Shown: piece by piece, positions 30,181-37,963 of the stretch
Numbering within the stretch: the stretch's first letter is position 1
Layout of the letters: each line of letters starts with the position of its first letter
Assembly (NCBI GenBank): GCA_046075565.1
Contig: JBJTQJ010000085.1
Span: forward strand, 1-50,476
DNA: 50,476 nt
DNA from: Verrucomicrobiales bacterium
Lineage (GTDB): Bacteria > Verrucomicrobiota > Verrucomicrobiia > Verrucomicrobiales > SLCJ01
Direction of reading: 5' to 3'
Translations under genes and position numbers: made by a program
Notes under the pieces: model-generated
Database searches by the model: none
Told to the model about the DNA's origin: nothing
Seen by the model: only the letters and a program-made list of their open reading frames with translations

Positions 30181-30376
30181 AAAGGAGCACGGGCATCTTG
30201 CTAAATTCTGTTTACTTGGAAGCTGAATCAACAGCCAAAATCGGTTTTTGGGGCAAGACCGGGACGGTCTTGCCCTGAAATCTGACCACTCTTTGCCATT
30301 TCGAGTGTTAAACTGAAGGGATTGGGCATCTTGCCCGTGCAGGACAACCACGGGCAAGATGCCCGTGCTCCTTTTT
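30181..30376. repeat. Interrupted 26-bp inverted-repeat hairpin carrying a 122-bp insert
   Basis: AAAGGAGCACGGGCATCTTGC | insert | GGGCATCTTGCCCGTG-caggacaac-CACGGGCAAGATGCCCGTGCTCCTTT. The insert contains hairpin GGGCAAGACCGGGACGGTCTTGCCC (30251-30275). Confidence 0.85.
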
Positions 30377-30503
30377 CACCCAAGCCTTGCCGAAGCGCGT
30401 GGGAACGTGGGATTTCGGCTCCCGTCGAATTTACATCGGGTTTACCCACAAAGTGCAGGGGCTCTGGTAATCTGGTCTCGGATGGGAACCCCGTCCCCTG
30501 ACT

Positions 30504-32726
30504 ATGAAAACCGCTCTCCTTTACATCGCCCTCTTCGGTGCCGCAACTCTGCAGGCGCAAACCGAATCCATCAGCGCCCGTGTGGCGCTGCCCCAGACCG
30601 TGGTGCCGAACTGGCACCGAGTCGTCCCGCCCCCCGGTTGGCAAGCCCCCGCCGTTGTGCTTGAACGTATGGACGCATCGGTGGTCATCCGCGATCGCCT
30701 CGCCACGACCACCCTCACGTTCACGCTGCGCAATCCGGGCCCGCGTCCCGCCGAATCGGTCGTGCTCGCCCCCGTTTCGCCCGCAGCCATCCTCCGCTCA
30801 TTCGCCATCGAAGGACCCGGCGGCGGCGAACTGAAGGCCGAACTGCTTCCCCGGGATGAGGCGCGTCGCATCTATGATGAAATCGTCCGCCGCATGATCG
30901 ATCCCGGTTTGCTCGAATTCGCCGGCAGCGGCGTGGTGCGTTCTTCGGTTTTCCCCGTGCCACCGAATGGCAGCACGCGGGCCAAACTCGTCTATGAGGA
31001 AATGCTCACCGGCGACCACGGCCGCATTGACTACGCGCTGCCTTTGACAGAAAGCACAGGCCGCGCCTTGCCACTTGGTTTCACGCTCGAGTGGTCCATG
31101 GCCGGGGGCACGCCCACCCTCCATTGCCCGTCCCATCCCGCCACGACGGCGGTTTCGCCTTCGGGAGCAGCGACCCTTCGTTTTGACGGCGTCCCGCAAC
31201 CTGGTTCGGTCCGTGTCTCCGCCACGCCCTCGGCAAAAGACCGTCCGGCGATGTCATTGATTTGTTATCCTCCCGAAGGAGGTGAAGACGGTTACTTCCT
31301 GCTGCAGCTTGCACCGCCGGATGGCGCGGCGGCCCCGCCCTTGCCCCGCGAAGTCACGCTGGTGCTCGATCGCTCCGGCAGCATGACCGGCGGTAAATTG
31401 GACCAAGCCCGCGCCGCAGCCCTCCAGATCATCGAAGGACTCGGGGAGAACGAACGGTTCAATCTGATTGCTTACAACGAAGCGGTGTATCCGCTTTTCC
31501 CGGAGCCGCGTCTGCGTGACACCGAAGCCATCAATGCCACCCGTTCCTTCCTGCAGGCTCTCCGTCCGAGTGGCGGCACCAACATCCATGATTCACTGTT
31601 GCAAGCCCTCAAAGCGCCCGCCGCCCAAGGACACCTACCGGTGACCCTTTTCCTCACCGATGGTCTGCCGACCGTTGCGGAAACCAGTGAAAAACGAATC
31701 CGCGAAGCGGCGGTGAAGGCCAACACCGGTAACCGGCGTGTCTTCACCTTCGGGGTCGGGCTCGATGTGAACACACCGTTGTTAGCCCGTCTCGCCGACG
31801 ACAGCCGGGCCAGTTCCACCTTCGTGCTTCCGGGCGCAGATGTGGAAATGAAAGTGCTCTCTGTTTACCAAAGTCTCGCCGGTCCGCTGGTGGCGGATCC
31901 GGCCTTGAAGTTCCTTGATGCGGCCGGCAACGAAGCGCACGGACGCGCCATCGATCTCGTGCCCGCCCGTTTGCCGGATCTTTTCGCCGGTGAGTCACGC
32001 CTCGTCACCGGACGCTGGCGCGGTAATGATCCGCTCACGCTCGTCGTGCGTGGCCAAGGGGCGAAGGGCGCCATTGAGTCTCGCCTCACGCTCGAGCCGA
32101 CTGCCGCCAGCACGGCCCACGCCCATGTGCCCCGCCTCTGGGCCACCCGCCGAATCGCCGTGCTCACCGAAGCCCTGCGGGACCTCGGTCAAGACGGTGC
32201 ACGAGTCGCGCCCGATGATCCGCGTGCCAAGGAGTTGATTGATGAGATCGTGAAACTCTCCACCCGTCATGGCGTGCTGAGCGAATTCACCGCCTTCCTT
32301 GCCCGCGACGGCCAATCCTTCGTGCCGATGCCGGCTAACTCCGCCACCACCTGGTCGAACGTGCAAGCCCGCGCCATGCCCATGCGCAGTGGTGCCGCCT
32401 CGATGAATCAGGAATTCAACTCTGCGAAATCGAAAGCCGCCGCCGTGGTGGACAAGAGCAATACCTACTTCGACGCCGAACTGAAGGAAACCGCCGCCGA
32501 CGGAGTGCGCCAGGTGGCCGACCGTGCCTTCTTCAAGAACAACGGCCGCTGGACCGACAGCAATGTCAAACCCGAGCGACAAGCCCGCCGTGCTGCTATC
32601 GGCTCGCCGGAGTTCGACGCCCTTGTCGATCGCCTTGTCTCCACGAACCGCCAGACGCTGCTTTCGCTTCCCGGTGAAATCATCATCGAAGACGCGGGCG
32701 AAGTCTGGCTCGTGACCGGAACGTGA
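30504..32726 (+). CDS. Secreted VIT + vWA domain protein
   Basis: Signal peptide; VIT-like ATTTLTFTLRN...EARRIYDEIVRRMIDPGLLE; MIDAS residues LDRSGSM, GGTNI and LTDG; RLWATRRI; GVLSEFTAFL. Confidence 0.88.
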   Translation: MKTALLYIALFGAATLQAQTESISARVALPQTVVPNWHRVVPPPGWQAPAVVLERMDASVVIRDRLATTTLTFTLRNPGPRPAESVVLAPVSPAAILRSFAIEGPGGGELKAELLPRDEARRIYDEIVRRMIDPGLLEFAGSGVVRSSVFPVPPNGSTRAKLVYEEMLTGDHGRIDYALPLTESTGRALPLGFTLEWSMAGGTPTLHCPSHPATTAVSPSGAATLRFDGVPQPGSVRVSATPSAKDRPAMSLICYPPEGGEDGYFLLQLAPPDGAAAPPLPREVTLVLDRSGSMTGGKLDQARAAALQIIEGLGENERFNLIAYNEAVYPLFPEPRLRDTEAINATRSFLQALRPSGGTNIHDSLLQALKAPAAQGHLPVTLFLTDGLPTVAETSEKRIREAAVKANTGNRRVFTFGVGLDVNTPLLARLADDSRASSTFVLPGADVEMKVLSVYQSLAGPLVADPALKFLDAAGNEAHGRAIDLVPARLPDLFAGESRLVTGRWRGNDPLTLVVRGQGAKGAIESRLTLEPTAASTAHAHVPRLWATRRIAVLTEALRDLGQDGARVAPDDPRAKELIDEIVKLSTRHGVLSEFTAFLARDGQSFVPMPANSATTWSNVQARAMPMRSGAASMNQEFNSAKSKAAAVVDKSNTYFDAELKETAADGVRQVADRAFFKNNGRWTDSNVKPERQARRAAIGSPEFDALVDRLVSTNRQTLLSLPGEIIIEDAGEVWLVTGT

Positions 32727-32803
32727 ACCGACCATCTGATCTGACCAACCAAGAAAACCTATCCGACCCATCTGTAAAACCAAACCAAACGAAAAACAAA
32801 ACC

Positions 32804-33964
32804 ATGAAAACGAAATCCAACCAAAACAAATGTGTTCTCGCGGCCATCGCCGCCTTCATGCTGACGATGCCACTTCAGGCAAAAGAAGCCGCGTCGCCCG
32901 CTGCCACCGAGCCTTCCGGCCCGCGCGTGCAGATTGCACTCCTGCTCGACACGAGCGGAAGTATGGACGGGCTCATCGACCAAGCCCGCACGCAGATGTG
33001 GGAAGTGGTGAACACTTTCATTTCCGCCAAACAGGATGGTAAAGTGCCCTATGTCGAAGTCGCGCTCTATGAATACGGCAACGACGGATTGGAATCCAAA
33101 ACCAACTGGGTGCGCCGTATCCTTCCGCTCAGCCGCGATCTCGATGAGGTGAGCAAGCAGCTTTTCGCGCTCAAGACCAACGGTGGCTCCGAATACTGCG
33201 GAGCCGTGATCAAAGATGCCGCGAACGACCTCTCGTGGGATGCCTCGCCCGATACCTACAAGGCCATCTTCATCGCCGGCAATGAGCCGTTCACCCAAGG
33301 ACCGGTGAAAGCCCTCGAATCCTGCCGCGCCGCCGCCACCAAAGGTGTGATCGTCAATACCATCCATTGTGGTGACGATGCGACCGGCCAGCGCGAGGGC
33401 TGGAAAGACGGGGCCGTGGCCGCCGATGGCAAATACATGATCATCGACAGCAACCAGGCCGTGGTGCGCATCGACGCCCCGCAGGACGGGGAAATCCTCA
33501 AGCTGAACGAGTCGCTCAATTCGACCTATGTTGCTTATGGCAGACTCGGCACGGTCAATGCCGAGAAACAAATGGCCCAGGATGCCAATGCCATGAGGTC
33601 CGCGCCCTCCGTGGCGGCGCAACGCGTGGCCGCCAAGTCGAGTGCCAATTACCACAACTCGAACTGGGACCTTGTGGACGCGAGCAAAGAGAAAGACTTC
33701 GATCTCGCCAAGGTGCCGGTGGAAGAATTGCCCGATGAAATGAAAAAGATGACTCCCGAGGAACGCGCCAATCACATCAAGGCGAAGACCGAGGAACGCG
33801 CCAAGCTGCAATCCCGGATTCTCGAGCTGAACAAAGAACGTGATGCCTTTGTCGCCGACAAACGCAAGGAAATGGCCGAAGCGGGTCACGACACCCTCGA
33901 CGCCGCCGTTGTGAAAGCGGTGCGCGAACAGGCTTCCAAGAAGAAAATCACTTTCGGCAAGTGA
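32804..33964 (+). CDS. Secreted vWA domain protein with C-terminal helical/coiled-coil tail
   Basis: Signal peptide ending LQA-KE; ALLLDTSGSMDGLI; GGSEYCG; FIAGNEPF; WDLVDA; LPDEMKKMTPEER. Confidence 0.88.
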   Translation: MKTKSNQNKCVLAAIAAFMLTMPLQAKEAASPAATEPSGPRVQIALLLDTSGSMDGLIDQARTQMWEVVNTFISAKQDGKVPYVEVALYEYGNDGLESKTNWVRRILPLSRDLDEVSKQLFALKTNGGSEYCGAVIKDAANDLSWDASPDTYKAIFIAGNEPFTQGPVKALESCRAAATKGVIVNTIHCGDDATGQREGWKDGAVAADGKYMIIDSNQAVVRIDAPQDGEILKLNESLNSTYVAYGRLGTVNAEKQMAQDANAMRSAPSVAAQRVAAKSSANYHNSNWDLVDASKEKDFDLAKVPVEELPDEMKKMTPEERANHIKAKTEERAKLQSRILELNKERDAFVADKRKEMAEAGHDTLDAAVVKAVREQASKKKITFGK

Positions 33965-33972
33965 GCCATAGC

Positions 33973-34060
33973 AGGGGCAAGACCGGGCCTACTTCGCCCC
34001 CTACTTCGCCAAGGCTTCAAAGGGCAAGAAGGCTTCGAAGGCTTCAACGGTCTTGCCCCT
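33973..34060 (+). repeat. Composite hairpin: GGGCAAGACCGGG / ACGGTCTTGCCC arms with an AAGGCTTC-rich insert
   Basis: Perfect 13-bp terminal inverted repeats. Near-identical inverted copy at 37440-37510. Confidence 0.9.
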
Positions 34061-34102
34061 CCAAGAAACACGTCCTTGAACCAGAAAATCCAAACGACCC
34101 AT

Positions 34103-34213
34103 GCAGGGACCGTTGTCCCCAACGGACCTCGGGGGAAGACGCGCCACGCTTTCGCGCCGCCAGTCGCCCCGCGATCTCACGGACCGCTGAGGACAGCGGT
34201 CCCTGCCCGTCGA
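34103..34213. repeat. Inverted pair of GCAGGGACCG REP hairpins
   Basis: GCAGGGACCGTTGTCCCCAACGGACC and GGACCGCTGAGGACAGCGGTCCCTGCC. Confidence 0.85.
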
Positions 34214-34285
34214 ATGGATTGCTGCGTTTCGAAATCAATTCCGACTGTTCAAAATCCTGCGAATTCTTCCGCTATGCTCCGTGCG

Positions 34286-34375
34286 GCAATAGCGAGACGC
34301 TCTTGCTACGAATCCGGAATCCCATTTCATCTTTCCATGCGCAGCGTAGCAAGACCGTCCCGGTCTTGCCCTACC
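34286..34375. repeat. Back-to-back pair of GTAG-type REP hairpins
   Basis: Minus strand CGTAGCAAGAGCGTCTCGCTATTGC (34286-34310). Plus strand CGTAGCAAGACCGTCCCGGTCTTGCCCTACC (34345-34375). Confidence 0.75.
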
Positions 34376-34401
34376 TACAAACCCGTGCGAGGTTTCCTTT
34401 A

Positions 34402-35106
34402 ATGGCCTGTGTGCTTGTAATTGAAGATGATGCCGCCATCCGGCGTGGGGTGGAGGACGCGCTTGTCTTCGCCGGCCATGAGGTTTTGAGCGCGGGCGAC
34501 GGTAATACCGGATTGCAGCGCGCCCTCGAAGCCAACTACGCGTTGCTCCTGCTCGACCTCATGCTGCCCGGTCGGTCGGGATGCGACATTCTCGCCGCCC
34601 TGCGCGAGAAACGTCCCGGCCAGCCGGTCATCATCCTTTCCGCCCGCGGGGAGGAGGCCGACCGCGTGCGCGGTCTGCGGATGGGCGCGGATGACTACGT
34701 GGTGAAGCCATTCAGCGTGCGCGAATTGCTGGCGCGGGTGGAGGCCGTGCTCCGCCGCAGCACCGAACGTCCCGCGCCGATTGCGAATTGGAGCTTTCCC
34801 GGTGGCCATGTGGATATCTCGCGTCGCGAGGTCTGTTATGAAGGGGGCGGACGCGAGGATCTCGCCGCCCGCGAGATCGAATTGCTACAATACCTGATCG
34901 CCGCGCGCGGGCGACCGGTGCCGAGGGATGAGTTGCTGAGGCAGGTTTGGAAAATCGACCCCGCGAAATTCGAGACCCGCACGGTGGACATGCACATTGC
35001 CAATTTGCGCCACAAGCTCCGCGATACCAATCAAACCATGCTCCGCACCCTGCGCGGCCACGGATGGGTGCTGGAAGAAAATCATTCCCTATCCAAAGAA
35101 TCTTGA
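34402..35106 (+). CDS. OmpR/PhoB-family response regulator
   Basis: VLVIEDD; LLDLMLPG; GADDYVVKPF; TRTVDMHIANLRHKL; TLRGHG. Confidence 0.93.
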   Translation: MACVLVIEDDAAIRRGVEDALVFAGHEVLSAGDGNTGLQRALEANYALLLLDLMLPGRSGCDILAALREKRPGQPVIILSARGEEADRVRGLRMGADDYVVKPFSVRELLARVEAVLRRSTERPAPIANWSFPGGHVDISRREVCYEGGGREDLAAREIELLQYLIAARGRPVPRDELLRQVWKIDPAKFETRTVDMHIANLRHKLRDTNQTMLRTLRGHGWVLEENHSLSKES

Positions 35107-35122
35107 TCCCCCGGCAAGTCCC

Positions 35123-37117
35123 ATGTCACACCCACGATCCATCTGGCTCGCATTCATCGCCTGTGCTTTGTTAGGCCTGGGCGGGCTGGCCGTGATCTCG
35201 CGTCATGCCATGCGTCTGGAAGAGGATCGCAGGGCGGTGGCAGAGGCCATGGAGCTTTCCCGGAGCGTGCGGCTCGCGCTCTGGCGCATGGATAGCGAAG
35301 CCTCGGCCTTGTTGATGCGCGAGAACAGCCGTCCGCCCGCTATTTTTCGGGAGACCCAGATTCCGTCAAACGCCCCTGCCTACGCACGGGCTTACTTTGA
35401 GATCAACGAGAATGGGGCGTTGTCTTCCGCCGCGCCGACGGATCCAGCGGTGAAGGGCGAACTGCGTCGATTGCTCGGCGTGACCGATGCTCCCATGGTC
35501 GCCGTCGTCGAGCCACAAGTGCTGATGCCATCCAACGGCAACGCGGACTTGCAGAAAGCCCAACTCGCTTACGCCGCCGCCAATGCCGTGACCTTGAACC
35601 AGCCGGAAAATTTTGATGTCTTGCCGGCAATAAAAGAGTCTTCGGATGCTGCATCGATGCAGCAAGTCAGATCGAAAGACGCGCCGCCCCTTGCCGCCAA
35701 GCAGATGCTGGAAAAGGTTCCCGATGACAAGGTGGCGGCCGCCTCCAAGATCAAACCCTCCGCCGCTCCGGCCCGCAGGATGGGAGAGCAAACGAAGGGC
35801 AATAATTACAGGGATTCTGCGGTCGAGCAGGCCGATGCGAACGAATTCAACAAACGCGCCCAAGCCGTGCAACAGGCGACCAATCGTGCCTTCGACAACA
35901 CGGGAAACTGGTCGGCGGCTCCAGAAGCGCCGGATCCCTTTGCGGCCCAGTCCATTCCCCCGTTTGTGCCGCCGCCACTGGAGATCGGAGTGACCGCGTT
36001 CCAGCCGATCTGGTTGGAAGGTGAATTGTTCCTCGTGCGGGCGGCCGGCCCGGAAGCGCGCCGCCGGGTCCAGGGTATCTGGCTCGACTCCGCGGCTCTC
36101 GCCCGTTCATTGCTCGATGGGATCGGCGATTTGTTAGACGGTGCGCTCCTCGAGCCCTATGAACCCTTCGCCTATGCCCGCGAAACCGTGATCCGCGGTG
36201 ATGGCGCGGCCGAACTTGTGGAGAGTCGATTGCGCGCCATCCCTTCCAGCCTCGGCAACGCGCCCATGGCATTGTTGAGCTTGCCCTGGGAGCTGGTTCC
36301 GGGGAAACCGGCATTGACGCTGGCAGGAGCTTCGCCTCTGCCTTTACTTCTCGGCTTGGCTTGGGGAGGGGCCGCGCTCGGGTTGCTGGCTGCTGCCCTG
36401 CTGCTGCGGGGTGTGCTTCAACTCAGCGAACGCCGGGCCGCTTTCGTTTCTTCCGTGACCCACGAGTTGCGCACACCATTGACGACGTTCTCGTTGTATT
36501 CGGAAATGTTGGCCGACGGCATGGTCGCCGAACCGGCCCAGCAACAGGAATACCTCCACACCCTGCGCCGCGAATCCGGTCGTCTCGCCCATCTTGTGGA
36601 GAATGTGCTCGCCTACAGCCGCCTTGAACGGGGGAGCGCGCGCGCCCGGGTCGAAGATATCCGCTTTGATATGCTGCTGGATCGTGTTCTGTCGCGGCCG
36701 CGCGAGCGAGCTGCGGCGGCCGGCACGGCCGTTTCCATTCGCTGCTCCGATGAGTCGGCAGTTTTGCGCACGGATGCGGGCGCGGTTGAACAAATCCTAT
36801 TTAATCTCGTGGACAATGCGGCCAAATACGCGCCGCCAGCCGAAGGCGGAGAGCCATGGGAACTGACCACCGGATGCGATTCCCGTTCGTGCTGGATCGA
36901 TTTCCGCGATCACGGTCCCGGTATCGGAAAACGCGATCGGGGGCGTTTGTTCCGGCCATTCCACAAGTCGGCGGAGGAGGCGGCCAATACCAAACCTGGG
37001 GTCGGCCTCGGGCTCGCTCTGTCCCGACGACTCGCCCGCGCCCTTGGTGGGGATCTCATCTTGCGCGAAACCGGTCCTACCGGTTCGACGTTCCGGCTCA
37101 AGTTGCCGAGAGCGTAG
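35123..37117 (+). CDS. Membrane sensor histidine kinase with large atypical periplasmic domain
   Basis: TM1 near the N-terminus and TM2 just before the H-box VTHELRTPL; NLVDNAAKY; DHGPG; GVGLGL. Confidence 0.92.
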   Translation: MSHPRSIWLAFIACALLGLGGLAVISRHAMRLEEDRRAVAEAMELSRSVRLALWRMDSEASALLMRENSRPPAIFRETQIPSNAPAYARAYFEINENGALSSAAPTDPAVKGELRRLLGVTDAPMVAVVEPQVLMPSNGNADLQKAQLAYAAANAVTLNQPENFDVLPAIKESSDAASMQQVRSKDAPPLAAKQMLEKVPDDKVAAASKIKPSAAPARRMGEQTKGNNYRDSAVEQADANEFNKRAQAVQQATNRAFDNTGNWSAAPEAPDPFAAQSIPPFVPPPLEIGVTAFQPIWLEGELFLVRAAGPEARRRVQGIWLDSAALARSLLDGIGDLLDGALLEPYEPFAYARETVIRGDGAAELVESRLRAIPSSLGNAPMALLSLPWELVPGKPALTLAGASPLPLLLGLAWGGAALGLLAAALLLRGVLQLSERRAAFVSSVTHELRTPLTTFSLYSEMLADGMVAEPAQQQEYLHTLRRESGRLAHLVENVLAYSRLERGSARARVEDIRFDMLLDRVLSRPRERAAAAGTAVSIRCSDESAVLRTDAGAVEQILFNLVDNAAKYAPPAEGGEPWELTTGCDSRSCWIDFRDHGPGIGKRDRGRLFRPFHKSAEEAANTKPGVGLGLALSRRLARALGGDLILRETGPTGSTFRLKLPRA

Positions 37118-37123
37118 TCTTGA

Positions 37124-37934
37124 TCGACAGGCAGGGACCGCTGTCCCCAGCGGTCCGAGAGATCGAGATGCCCGCGCCAAAGCAAAAAACAAACGACTTC
37201 CCGATTCGAAACAAGGGGTCGCATGTGAGAACAATGCGACCCGGACAGAAACCCTTCAGGGTTCATTTTTGCTTCTGTGCGACATTCCCGGGGTAGGTCC
37301 TGCGGACCAACCCCGGGCTTTGGGACGGAACCCCGTTGGGGTTCAGAATTTGATCGTCCTTGCGGGGCCCCGATAGTGTCGGGCTTACGAAGGGCATGGC
37401 AGATCAACGCGATTTGGTCTGCGGGCTTCCATCGCAGTCGCAAGACCGTTGAAGCCTTCGAAGCCTTCTTGCCCTTTGAAGCCTTGGCGAAGTAGGCCCG
37501 GTCTTGCCCTGAAAGCTCTTGCTCCTTGAACCAAACTTGCGCTAAGCAAAGAGCGCCTCTTCTCGGCTTTCTTTGATCTTTTGGGCATAGGCATCTCAGG
37601 GACTTCGCCTATCCCGAAGGGATTGCGGCCCAAAGCCCGGGGTTGTCCCGCAACGCGGGGCTACCCCGGGACCCAAAGAAAATAGTATAGAAACCCTGCA
37701 AGGGTTTTGTCTCATGGCCCCGGAACACAAACTCCTCAACTTCTAAAACTGGTTGTTGATACTGAGATGGCGAGACAACGCTTATGCCGCCCCTACAGGG
37801 CTTGATAAAATGTTGACGCACACCCAGGGCGTTGCCTTGGGCTGGTATATGCCGCGCCGTTGGCGCTTAAACCAACACCAGCAGCCATAGCCGGACGTTC
37901 CTGCGCCAGAGCAAAAACAAACGACTTCGCGATT
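37124..37934. repeat. Intergenic mosaic of REP-like elements
   Basis: GGCAGGGACCG hairpin 37124-37165; three-hairpin elements 37250-37344 (+), 37611-37707 (-) and 37786-37867 (+); composite hairpin 37440-37510; ~33-bp direct repeat at 37174-37206 and 37903-37934. Confidence 0.85.
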
Positions 37935-37963
37935 GGGGCAGGAAAGTGAAGCGACCTCGCGTC

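Noticed and set aside
28847..30196. 449-aa ORF antisense to fabV (likewise 23299-24294, 32759-33889, 40933-42057 and 45059-46213)
   Set aside because: Each mirrors a well-supported gene on the opposite strand.
33961..34401. 147-aa N-terminal extension of the response regulator
   Set aside because: It translates repeat DNA. The receiver domain begins at 34402.
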